This document shows, piece after piece, positions 24,491 through 37,700 of a DNA stretch of 64,000 nucleotides (within the stretch, counting starts at the first letter, position 1; each line of letters begins with the position of its first letter). The position numbers and the translations under genes are program-made. The stretch covers positions 3,226,001 to 3,290,000 of the forward strand of contig CM075997.1 of NCBI GenBank assembly GCA_038087875.1. Direction: 5' to 3'. The notes below the pieces were generated by a model. It did not search any database. It saw nothing but the letters and a program-made list of their open reading frames with translations, and was not told the DNA's origin. The DNA is from Malacoraja senta (taxonomy: Eukaryota).

Positions 24491-27400
24491 AGAACGGAGA
24501 CGAGAAACACTTTTTCTCACAGAGAGTTGTGAGTCTGTGGAATTCTCTGCCTCAGAGGGCGGTGGAGGCCGGTTCTCTGGATACTTTCGAGAGAGAGCTA
24601 GATAGGGCTCTTAAAGATAGCGGAGTCAGGGGATATGGGAGAAGGCATGATCGGGGTACTGATTGGGGATGATCAGCCATGATCACATTCAATGGCGGTG
24701 CTGGCTCGAAGGGCTGGATGGTCTACTCCTGCACCTATTGTCTATTGTCTATGTCTATTGTCTATTGTCTATTGTCTATTGTCTATTGTCTATTATCCCT
24801 CCACTCTGACTGGAGTCCTTGAACACTGCAGAGCCAAAGATATCCAGTTCCCCAGTTTTAGTTTTTAGTTTTGTTTTAAAGGCACAGCATGGAAACAGGC
24901 CCTTCGGCTCAACAAGTCCGCGTCGACCAGCAATCACCCGTGCACCAGTTCTATCCGACACACTAGGCTCAATTTACAGAAGCCAATTAACCTACAAACC
25001 TGCACGTGTTTGGAGGGTGGGGGCAAACCAGAGCACCCGGAGAAAACCCCACACCGTCACAGGAAGAACGTACAAACACCGTACAGACGGCACCCGTGGT
25101 CAGGATCGTTCCCGAATCCCTGGCGCTGTGAGGCAGCAACTCTACCGTGCAAGCTAGTCTTACCAGTCATTGTTCTATGTTGCACTAAATGTTGCATTCT
25201 TTATCCTGTATCTGTGCTCGGACGGGATAGCATGCAAAAGCATTTCTGACTGTACTGTACTGTACCTCAGCACATGTGACAGTAGTACACTACACTAAAC
25301 GAAAGCATTAGAGCAGCTCGTTGACACGGTTTCCGAGATTCTTGAGCTAGGAACCAGCTCCTTCAGAGAGATGCTGCACAGAATTTTGTATTTGTATGGA
25401 ACAAGTACGTTTACTCCGTGACCATGTAGGTTTCCTCCGGGCGCTCCGGTTTCCTCCCACATTCCAAAGGCATACAGGTTTGTAGGTTAATTAGTTCCTG
25501 TAAACTGTAGATTGTCCCTAGTGTGTAGGATAGTGCTCGTGTACGGGGTGATCGCTGGTCGGCACGGACTCGGTGGGCCGAAGGGCCTGTTTCCTCACTG
25601 TATCTCTAACGTCTATAAGTCTAGAGGAAATCCACCCGGCATGGTACATCGGGTCTTGGCGTCACTGGGTGGCATCACTAGGAGACATCGTCACGGAGAC
25701 ACAACCATGCAGAGATTGCGGGCGGCGCAGTGGCGCAGCTGGTAGAGAACTGCCTCACACAGCCAGAGACCCAAGTTCAATCCTGACCTCGGCTGCTGTC
25801 CTTGTGGAGTTTGCGTGTCCTCCCTACGACTTGTGGATTCCTCTTCCAAAGACATAGAGGATGGTGGGTTAATTGGTTGCCGTAAATTACCCCAAATGTG
25901 CAAGGAGGTGATAGAATCTGGGGTAGCTGATAAGAATGTGAGGAGCATAAAAAATGGATTAATATAGGGTCAGTATAAATGGGTGGTCGATGTTGCGCAT
26001 GGACTCGATGGGCTGAAGGGCCTGTTTCTATGCCATGGAATATACTCACATAGAGTCCATAGAAGGATACAGTGTGGAAACAGGTCCTTCAGCCCAACTT
26101 GCCCACAGCAGCCAACATGTCCCAGCTACACTAGTCCCATCTTTAGTCCATATCCCTTCAAACCTGTTCTGTCCATGTACCTGTCTAACTGTTTCTTATA
26201 TGTTAGGATAGTCTCAGCCTCAACTACCTCCTCTGGCAGTTTGTTCCATACACCCACCACCCTTTGTGTGGAAAAGTTACCCCTCAGATTCCCTATTTAA
26301 GCTTTTCCCCTTCACCGTAAACCTATGTCCACCTGGTACTCTGGACATGAGACTGTGCACCCACCCGATCTATTCCTTTCATGATTTTATACAATGAGAC
26401 AAAAATATATTCTTTACTTTTCAAAAAAGATGTTTTCTAAAAATATACACAGGAAATACAATACAATCAGTAGACGTCTTTCTTTATATTCATAGTGCCA
26501 TCAAAACCAACAAATATTGTATGTCCATGAATTTTGAACAATGTGCTAATTTTAGCAACACTCCGCTTCCAGTCCCACCGAATGAATTTGGGTAAGGGCG
26601 CAGTCCCTGAGGGAAGCTAAAAGCATCTGACTCTTCCTTCAAAATAGTAACAGAAATAATGACCCACGGAAATGAGGCCCGTGTGTCAGTCGGGAGTAAA
26701 TGACAGGGGATTGATGGATGGAGACACGTTGCTCGTGACTGAGTCTAGAGATATCGTTCTGTGCAGCAGGTAGCTGGACTGTGTCCATCTTGGACAGGGA
26801 GAGAGGGGAGGACAAAGAAACCAGCACTGACAATTCGAACCAGCACTGACATTTCCTGAACTATTTATACCCGGAGAGCAAGGCCTCCTTGGCTTTCAGG
26901 ACAAGTCACGACTCCACGTTGGAGGTGGAATTCCCCAGGGTGAAGAATGTACTGGAGACAGGATCTTGGTGGAGCCAAAATAAAGAACGATAAATACTAT
27001 TGTCCCGGGGACTCAAGCAGGATTCAGGAAAACAATGAGGAGACGGCAAGCCGGAACGTTGTTGGTTAACCACCCACCTTGACAGTACTGTGAGTCCCCC
27101 CTCACCTCACTATCCCAACATCTTCTCTTGGGCAGCGGTAGAGTCGCTGCCTCACAGCGCCAGAGACCCAGGTTCGATCCTGACCACGGCTGCTTGTCTG
27201 TGTGGAGTTTGCACGTTCTCTCCGTGACCTGCGTGGGGTTTTCTCCAAGATCTTCGGTTTCCTCCCACACTCCAAAGACGGACGGGTTTGCAGGTTAATT
27301 GGCTTGGTGTAAAATGTAAACTTGTCCAAATTGCGTGTAGGATAGTGTTAATGAGCGGGGATCGGTGGTCCGCTGCCTACTTGAACAGGCCCTTCGGCCC

Positions 27401-27744
27401 ACAACGTCTGATCATGATGCCAAGACCATGAGGCTGAGGAGACATTCGACCCATCAAGTCCCTTCCACCATTTGATCATGGCTGATCTATTTTTCCTTCT
27501 CAAGTCCATTCTGCTGCCTTCTCCCGTAACTTTTGACACCCTTGCTATTTAGAATCGATCTGAAGAAGGGTTTCGGCCCGAAACGTTGCCTATTTCCTTC
27601 GCTCCATAGATGCTGCTGCACCCGCTGAGTTTCTCCAGCATTTTTGTGTACCTTAGAATCTATCATTCTCTGCTTTAAAATGCCCGAAGACTTGGTCACC
27701 ATGGCTGTCATGAATTCCACAGCTAACAAAATTTCTCCTCATAG

Positions 27745-28270
27745 AAAACATAGAAACATAGAAAATAGGTGCAGGAGTAGGCCATTCGGCCCTTCGAGCC
27801 TGCACCGCCATTCAATATGATCATGGCTGGTCATCCAACTCAGTATCCTGTACCTGCCTTCTCTCCATACCCCCTGATCCCTTTAGCCACAAGGGCCACA
27901 TCTAACTCCCTCTTAAATATAGCCAATGAACTGGCCTCAACTACCTTCTGTGGCAGAGAATTCCACAGATCACCACTCTCTGTGTGAAAAATGTTTTTCT
28001 CATCTTGGTCCTAAAAGACTTCCCCTTTATCCTTAAACTGTGACCCCTTGTTCTGGACTTCCCCAACATCGGGAACAATCTTCCTGCATCTAGCCTGTCC
28101 AACCCCTTAAGAATTTTGTAAGTTTCTATAAGATCCCCCCTCAATCTTCTAAATGCCAGCGAGTACAAGCCGAGTCTATCCAGTCTTCATTAGAAAGTCC
28201 TGCCATCCCAGGAATCAGTCTGGTGAACCTTCTCTGTACTCCTCTATGGCAAGATCTTTCCTCAAATTAG
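27745..28270 (-). mobile_element. CR1 LINE 3' fragment
   Basis: RRLRGDLIETYKILKGLDRLDAGRLFP...TFFTQRVV. Confidence 0.88.
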
Positions 28271-29959
28271 GAGACCAAAACTCCATCTCCATTCTACAGG
28301 GTAGGTCCTTTCATTCTGAGGCTGTGCCCTCTGGTTCTAGACTCTCCCTTGACTGGTGACATCCTCTCCACCTCCACTCTAAGGCCTTTCATTCATTGCC
28401 TGATAGGTTTCAATGAGATACCCCCTCATCCTTTGAAACTCCAGTGAGTACAGGCCCAGAATCATCAAACGCTCCTTATACGTTAAGTTTAAGAAGGAAC
28501 TGCAGATGCTGGAAAATCGAAGGTAGACAAAAATGCTGGAGAAACTCAGCGGGTGCGGCAGCATCTATGGAGCGAAGGAAATAGGCAACCCTCATACATT
28601 AACCCAATTTTCCCCAGGGATAATTCTCCTCTGGACAACACAACCTTCCTCGGACTCTCAGAGTGACACGCCATTTATCAGCCCTTTCTTTATATGTCCT
28701 TTTATTCTGAGGCTGTGTCCTCTGATTCTAGACTCTCCCATTGCTGGAAACATGCTTTCCACTGGAGCTCCGGACCGACCGAAGCCGGCAGATCCGTTCC
28801 TATAGCCGGCTTCCGAAGCCGACTTTGCGGGCCGGTATCTCAGCCCCTCGGCGGCCTAGGCGGACAGTTCCGGTACCATTAGACTCGTCTCGGCGGCCGT
28901 GGCCTCTGTTGGTCCGGCAAAACGGCTAATCCAGAAAGGCTCTGGAACCAAGGGTGCCGGAAAATCAGTGGTGGACCTGTATATCTGTCTGTGTGTTGGC
29001 TGAGTCACTGTGCTGTTGCTGCGACTGCGAGCAAGATCTTCATTGTGGCTGTACCTCACTGCACTTGTACAGATGACAACAAACTTCTACTTGAACTTGA
29101 CCTTGATTCAAGAGGCCTGGTCGGAAGGAAATACCGAGAATATTGACACAAATTAAGATATGTCCCAGAGACCCGGGTTCGATCCTGACCTCCGGGTGCT
29201 GTCTGTACGGGAATTTGTACGTTCTCCCCGTGAGTTTGCGTGGGTTTTCTCAGAGAACCTCGGTTCCCTCCCACACACCAAAGACCTACAGGTATGTAGG
29301 TTAGTTGGCGTAAAACATGTACAAATTGTCGCTAGTGTTGGATGGTGTTAGTGCGGACAATGGGCCGAAGGGCCTGTTTCTATGCTGTATCTCTAAACTG
29401 AAACTTGAAGCAAAGAGATGGAATCCACTGTGATGTTGAATACCTGCTTGGGTCACAGCTATTCCGATTGAAATAAGGGGATTTAATAGAAGTTTTAGAC
29501 TTTGGAGATCGCTGATTAGCGATCACCCCGTCCCACTTTCACGACCTCTGCCGAGTTTGCCCTTGACTCACACTCGCAGCATGGCCGTCATGAGGGCGTT
29601 GGAGGTCGTAGGTAGGTCGTAGCAGGCCGTGATGCTAGTCGTGGGCATTCGTGGCATCAAGTAGGTCGGGGCGTTTTTCTAGCATGATGAAAAATGTCCA
29701 CGAGTAAAAAAGGTTGCGAATTAGGTACAGAAGCCAATTAACCTACAAACCTGTATGTCTCTGGTGTGTGGAGGAAACCGGAGCACCCGGAGAAAACCCA
29801 CATGGTCACAGGAAAACGTAGAAACTCCACACCAACAGCACCCGAGTTCAGGATCGAACCTGCGTCTCTGGCGCTGTCCACCGCCGCGCCTCTCAAGACC
29901 CTCGCGTCGCAGCGCATAGAACCAGACGTTACAGGAAAGGGGTGAGCCATTCTTTCATC

Positions 29960-29965
29960 TTTATT
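29960..29965 (-). terminator. Candidate PRX polyadenylation signal AATAAA (would imply a ~4.7 kb 3' UTR)
   Basis: tttatt on the + strand at the edge of an AT-rich unique block (29945-30220) downstream of the PRX stop. Confidence 0.4.
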
Positions 29966-30217
29966 ACCATCCATGGTTAAAATGATTCATTAAAAAATAT
30001 ATTCCACACAAGTTTACATGTTAAAATCACAAGATCAAAAGTATATCAGTAGATGGTATCAAGGGATATCTAATTCTCCACGGTCATATCGACATAGCCT
30101 GAGTGCCCAGCTGGCTTTACACCTCCAGATGTTATAAAGTAGCTTACTTTCAAAACCTTTACAGGCACTGGGGACATTAGCCTGGAGTTATGTCTTGCAT
30201 TATGAATGTAATAGTAT

Positions 30218-30645
<428 letters not shown>

Positions 30646-30847
30646 GATTAAAGGAATAAGTGATAATGAGAAAAAGTGTCTGCAAGTTGAATCTGAGAGT
30701 GGAAAGGCCGCATGCATGTGTATGAATGTGTGAGTGTGTGTATGGATGTTGGCGTCTGAAAGTGGGGACAGGTTGTGTGTGTGTGGGCGATAAATTACAA
30801 TCATCAGCTCCCCTACACTTCCCCCCATCTGAAGCAAGATAAATAAT

Positions 30848-31076
30848 ATGATACCACATCTGGAAATGATACCACACCTGGAAATGAGGCCGCATCTGGA
30901 AATGATATCACATCTGAAAATGATACCACACCTGGAAATGATATTACATCTGGAAAGGAGACTACACCTGGAAATGAGACCACATCTGGAAATAAGACCA
31001 CATCTGGAAACGAGTACATCTGGAAATGAGACCACATCTGGAAATGAGACCACATCTGGAAATGAGACCACATCTT
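30848..31076. repeat. 18-bp minisatellite (CATCTGGAAATGAGACCA), ~13 copies
   Basis: TGGAAA recurs every 18 nt, e.g. 31021, 31039, 31057. Confidence 0.95.
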
Positions 31077-34000
31077 GAAGCTTGGAGAATTAAATACCTC
31101 TTAAACAATTGCTAGAACGTATCTATAAGAAGGCACTTAAAATCATTTCAACACTTCAGAAGTGGTTAACTTTTTTTGCACGGGAAATATTAAAAGCGGG
31201 AAGCCATCATGGTGAATTTGCAGAGGAGAGAACACTGCAAATTGCTGCGTCTTCAAAGGTAAATCCTTCATTCTCTCCCGGCAGACAATGTCAGATCAGC
31301 TTTAGTGCATTATTCCAGTATCAATTAGCTTTAACCACGCGGCTTCCGGGGGAGTGTTGCTAATGGACACTGCGTAAAAGGAAGTGGAGAATTAAGATTT
31401 GCTAAATAGCAGGTAGGAGCGAGATCTATAGAGAGAGAGTCATTGTCACTGCCTTGACTGGCTAACCCACACCTCACTGTCCTAACTTACTCAACCCTGC
31501 CTTCATCGGCAAGCTTTGGAGGATGGAATCTAATTCTATTTCTGCACCTCTTTTAACAAAATAATCTCACTGCTGTCAAACCCCATATAGTGTAATTCAA
31601 ACCTGCAACATGTATGATTTTGTGGTAGAAATTCATCCTTGGTTATATGTGTGTCCGGCAGTGGCTATACATTAAACTCGAGTTTTTTTCGTTTTAGAGA
31701 TACAGCGCGGAAACAGGCCCTTCGGCCCACCGTGTCCCCATCGACCACATTAACACTACCCTACACACACCAGGGACAATTTACAATAATACCAAGCCAA
31801 TTAACCTACAAACCTGTACGTCTTTTGTGTGGTAGGGAAACCGGAGATCCAGGAGAAACCCATGCAGGTCACGGGGAGAACGTACAAACTCCACGCATAC
31901 AGCACCCGCAGTCAGGATCGAACCCGGGTCTCTGGCGCTGTAAGGCAGCAACTCTACCGCTGCACCATGTATAGCTGCCCGTGTATTTAGTGTTTGTTGC
32001 ACTGAAGGAGTTGAGGACTGGGACTGATCAGCAATGATAATATTGTGGTGGGATAGGCTTGAGGGCCGAATGGCTTACTCCTATTGTGTACCTCATTGAC
32101 TGAGGACTAATGTCTCAGTGACTCTCTGGGCTCTTCATTTGAACTGATTGAGAGACGCAGCATGGAAACAGGTCCTTCGGCCCACAGAGTCCGTGCTGAG
32201 CATCGATCACCCATTCACATTAGTTCCATGTTCCATGTTTCAAGAGAGAGCTAGATAGGGCTCTTAAAGTTAGCGGAGTCAGGGGATACGGGGAGAAGGC
32301 AGGAATGGGGTACTGATTGGGGATGATCAGCCATGATCACATTGAATGGCAGTGCTGGCTCGCAGGGCCGAATGGCCTACTCCTGCACCTATTGTCTATT
32401 GTCACTCCTGCACCTCACCCCCTACACCTAGCCCACTCCCCAGCTCACTCTCCCAACAGTTCACTCCCAAACCCAGCTCATTCCCTCCTGCTTATTCCCC
32501 AACTCACTCGCCCACCCCAACCCTGCTCACACCCCCAGCTCATTCCCCCACAGCTCACTGCCCCCCCACCCACCCCCCACCCAGCTCACTCCCGCCGATC
32601 TCTTTACACCAACATACATGATATGGGACGATAACTATTTCTTCAACGGGACAAGATAACTGCAGGTAAACACTAGAGTAGGTGAGGACGAGGGGTCTCC
32701 AATGGGCCAGTGACATGGTGTCCAGGATCCAATGAATCACTGTGGGATCTGTTCACCCCTCGCATTCATTTTCAATGACCTCATGGAATCTACTCACCCT
32801 CGATCACCTCAAGCCAGCAACTCTTGGGATGTATTCACTCCCCAATTACTTTATGGGATCGATTGAACCTTTTCACCCAGAGAGTTGTGAACCTGTGGAA
32901 TTTTCTGCCACGGAAGGCAGTGGAGGCCAATTCACTGGATGTTTTCAAGAGAGAGTTAGATAGAGCTCTTAGGGCTAATGGAATCAAGGGATATGGGGGG
33001 AAAGCAGGAACGGGGTACTGATTTTAGATGATCAGCCATGATCATATTAAATGGCAGTGCTGGCTCGAAGGGCCGAATGGCCTACTCCTGCACCTATTTT
33101 CTATGTTTCTATGATCACCTTGTAGGACCTATTCACCTGATCACCGCATGGGATCTATTCATTATCCAATTACATCATGGTATCCAGTCATGCCGATTGC
33201 CTTATGCAACAGATTCACAAATATCACCTCCTAAGGTCCACTCTATCGCGAGTCATTTCCTATGAGGTGTATGGGACGAGCTGCCAGAGGAGGGACTGTT
33301 CCAGTGTTTAAGAAAACAGACATTGATAGTTGTTTAAGAAGGAACTGCAGATGCTGGAAAATCGTAGGTAGACAAAAATGCTGGAGAAACTTAGCGGGTG
33401 AGGCAGCATCTACAGAGCGAAGGAAATAGGCGACATTTCAGGTCGAAACCCTTCTTCAGACTGATGTCTATTTCCTAGGTACATGGATAGGACAGGTTTA
33501 AAGGGATATGGGCCAAACGCGGGTAGGTGGGACTAGTGTAGCTGGGACATGTTGGCCGATGTTGGGCAAGATGGGCCGAAGGGCCTGTTTCCACGCTGTA
33601 TCTCTCTGTGACTCAATGACCCATTCATTCCTGATCTCCACATGGGACCCTGTCACTCGCCAACGACTTCATGGGACCTATTGACCCTCAAACCACCCCA
33701 CATGATCCACCCCTCCCCTCCTCCAGTCGCCGCATCTCGCTGTAAAACTACTTCATCTCACTCACTGTGTGGGATTCCCACCGCCTCATCCTTCCTCAAG
33801 ACTCTGCTCCCCGACACCTCTCAACGCAAACACGCAGAGGCACTCTGGGTACCCCTCACTCTTTCATTTCAAAGCTCACTCGCTTATTGTAATCCCTGCG
33901 TAACAGAGTAAGACCATGATGATTTATTGCTAACATTGCTAATCTAATGCGGTTGGAGGCAGCAGATGAGAGGCAGTTGTCCGTGGGCTGGGGGGCACGT

Positions 34001-34162
34001 TGGTCAGTGTCACATAACAGTTGCCTCTGCAACCTCTGCTGCACCTTGTTAGTGGAACTACCTTGTGGGGGTAATCCAGCTTCAAACATCATTCAATTCC
34101 TACATATTAAAACCTTCCTCTGGCAATGCTTAAAATGCAAGAACGCTGTTAATGCAGAGTCC

Positions 34163-34442
34163 GTGTGTGTGTGTGTGTGTGTGTTTATAAATATGTGTAC
34201 AAATGTGTGTGAGTATATGTGCGTGTTAATATGTGAGTGTGCATTTATATGTATGAATATGTGTGTGTGCTTATATATATATATGTCATGTGTGTGTGTG
34301 TGTGTTTATATATATATATATGTGTGTGTGTGTGTTTATATATATGTATATATATGTGTGTGTGTGTGTGTGCTTGCTTATATATATATATGTGTGTGTG
34401 TGTGTGTTTACATATATATATATATATGTGTGTGTGTGTGTT

Positions 34443-34475
<33 letters not shown>

Positions 34476-34476
34476 T

Positions 34477-34512
<36 letters not shown>

Positions 34513-34518
34513 CTTGCT

Positions 34519-34554
<36 letters not shown>

Positions 34555-34645
34555 CTTATATATGTGTGTGTGCTTATACATGTGTGTGTGTGTGTGTCTT
34601 TATATATATATGTATGTTTATACAGTATATATTTGTGTGTGTATG
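34163..34645. repeat. Alternating (TG)n/(TA)n compound microsatellite, just 3' of the PRX stop
   Basis: Direct reading. Confidence 0.97.
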
Positions 34646-34714
34646 TGGGTGTTGGCGAGTTGGGCAAAGCCACGTAAACCAGTCCAGTCTCTGACCCTTC
34701 TCTCACGGCCCCTC

Positions 34715-37700
34715 CTAAACGCTGGCCTTCTCCTGCTTTCTGCCCTTGGACACAGTCACGGAGGCGATCTCCCCCACCATCTCCTCCTGCTGCCCCTGGT
34801 GGGTGGCGGTGAAGCCCACGCGGGGCATCTGCAGCTTAAAGTGCCGCTGCGCGCCGTCCTCGTCCTCCCACCCGACGTTGTTCTCGTACTCCACGCTGGC
34901 GGACTTGGTGCCCAGCGACACCGTCGGCAGCTTGAACTTCGCCGACTTGTCTTTGCCGTCTGACCCTTGGTCGCTCTTCGCTTTGGACTCCTTGCCCGGG
35001 ACCGACGTGGTTGCCGGCTCTTTGGATTTACCTGAGGTGAAGCCTAGTAGGCTTTTGGACTTCGAGTGACCGGAGTCCACCCCTGAATCCAGCAGAACCA
35101 ACTCCGTCCTGGCATTGGAAGTGACCAGAGGGGATACCTCCGCCTCCTCGTCAGACGGCCCCTTTTCGCCGCCTTTCTTTCTGAACCCGGAGAAGGTTAT
35201 TTTAGGTCCTTTCATCTTCGACCCTTTGGCTTCCCCTCGATCAGCTCGGGGAGATGAGGTCTCGAAGGACTGGTCTTTGGACGCGGACACCTCCGTTTTG
35301 ACCAGTTGAAGGTTGAGTTCGGCGTCGCTGTCTCTGACTTTCTGGTAGGGTGAGGTGAACTCGACTTTTGGAAGCTTTATCTTGACAATCTTGCCAGGGC
35401 TTCCCGACCCCTCGCTATCCCCGTTGACATGAACCCCTGGACTCTCCCCGCTCAGTATATTGACCGAGGGAGATTTGACCGGTGTGAAACTAACTCGTGG
35501 CAATTTTAGCTTCATTTTGGACCTCCCCTCTGGGCTATCCGGGCTCTCGACCTCCTCAGTTTTGGTGCCCTTTTTCCGAGGGCTTTGGATCTCCCAATCT
35601 CCTCTCCTCGTTGAGTCGTCTGCCTCTCCGTTCCCGTTGAACTCCATGGTCTTAGACTTGGGCCAGGAAATGCGGAAGCTGGGCATCTTCACCCTGGCCA
35701 ATCTCAGCTTGGCCTCTGAGGAGGATGATTCCATCTCCGGAGAGCTTCCCCTGGGCTTCCCCTTCGCCGCCGGAGATCGGCTGCGGTCCCTGGCCTTAGG
35801 AGACGAGGTTTCCAAACGCCCTTCTGAACTCCTCAACTTTGGGACAGAGAAGCCGAACATCCTGGTTTTCCCACTCTTCGATTCGGGATCGGATCCCTCA
35901 AGCCCCGCGTCTCGGCGGGCAGCATCAGCCTTGACTGGCTGAGCCTTGCCCTCAAGGCCAATGGACAAGCCCACCTCCTCTTGCTGCGCGACTTTGGGCA
36001 ACTCCACTCCCACCTTGGACATCTTGTCCTTCAGCTTGCTCAGCATGCCCTCTGATTCACCCACCGCGTCCACTTGAACCTGTGGCCCTTTCATGTCGAC
36101 TTTGGTCCCAGCGCTGGTCCGGTCTCTGGGTGCCTCTTGACTCTTCTCCTTGGAGGTCCCAAATAAAGGCAACAGGACCTTGGGCACATTCAGCTCAAGG
36201 GCCCCGCTATCAATCTCCCTCAAACCCGCTCTGCCCTCGGCCGAGCGCATCTCAATGTCGCCGCCTCTGGTATCACCCGCGGCGGACAGATCGCCGGTTT
36301 TTGGTGATGAGATCTCCACGCTGGGCATCTTGAAGGATATTATCGTGGACATCGCTCCTGAACTGACCGCATCTCCACCGGACTTCCCACCTTCCCCGAC
36401 CTCGGCTCCTTCTCCCGCGTCTTTGGACAAGCCAATCTCGACTTTGGGCATCATCCCCTTCAGCATCTGAAACTTGCCCTCTGTGTCCGCCCCTGGACCT
36501 TCCACACCTGCCTCAACCTTCGACCTTCGCACCTCCGTTCCCGCCACCTTGGCCTTCGCTGCAATTTTCCATCCTCCTCTTTCCCGCAGCTCCCGGTGAT
36601 GCCAAAATCAGGCATGGTCAACTTGGGCAATTTAACCCGGACTCCGACCCATCGGTGCTTGTAACCTCACCTGGCTTTCGCCTTTTGCTCTTCCATCCTT
36701 CTTCTCACCTTTACCTCCATGGTCGATGGAAGTGATCTTGCCTTTTGGGAAACTGATGTCCACGTCAACATCCGGTCCTTTCATCTTTGGGGTTGCGATG
36801 GTAACTGATGGAATCTTCACCTTGAACGCATCTCCTGCTCCGATGTCCCGCTCTATCTTCCCAGACCCCGCCATTCCATCCTTTTGCTCTTTCCCCAGAG
36901 AAAGACCGAACATGGACATTTTCAATTTGGATTCTTTGACCTTTCCATCAGATCCTTCCTTCCCCAGGTCAGCTTCCGTCTCGGTCGATTTTGATGATAT
37001 CCCAAATTTTGGTAGCTTCAGTTTCAACTTGCCACCTTCTGTTTCTGTATCAGATTTAGCCCCTTCGGCGGCATCCTCTCCCACCTTGTCCTTTGTCATC
37101 ATCCGAAACTTTGGCATCTTAATTCTCCCTCCCATAAACTTGTCTTCGTGCCCCTCCACATCCCCTCCCCCTCCCTCCAGTTGAGTTTTCACTTCTGCTT
37201 TCAACTTGGCCTTGGATTTCTCCGCGGGAAGAAGATCGGCATCTATGTCCGTCCCGGTACCCGGTGAAGACAAACCGAAACTGGGCAAGGACACCTGAGG
37301 CATCTTCAGCTTAAACTCAGCCCCCGGTCCCTCAGCGTCAACTTTGGTGTCACCCGAAGCCTTCTTGTCTTTGGAGACATTGAATTCAAGATCGAGTTCT
37401 GGCGCTTTCAGTTTTGGTGGTGAGATCTTTGGTAAGGTGAAACTGGGCATCTTAAACTTGCCCTCTGACCCCTCCACCTCAATGAGGGAAGCGTCCATAT
37501 CGATGTCAGCATCCAATTGTTTTACTTTGGGCATAGAAATGTCAACCTTGGGTAATCTTGCTGTGAAACTTGCTGCCTTGCCATCAGTATCGTCCACGTG
37601 GTAATGCCCAGGGCTGGAAGCGTCGGCCCCTGGTTCCTTGTCCTTTGACGTCCCAAACTTAGGCATTCCCACCTTCGGCATCTTCAGCCTGAAGGCCCCA

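Noticed and set aside
25620..25715. Half-CRE and RFX-like motifs as a testis promoter for HIPK4
   Set aside because: Short degenerate matches between SINEs; not distinguishable from chance
33947..34963. 338-aa plus-strand ORF
   Set aside because: Microsatellite plus antisense of the PRX C-terminus
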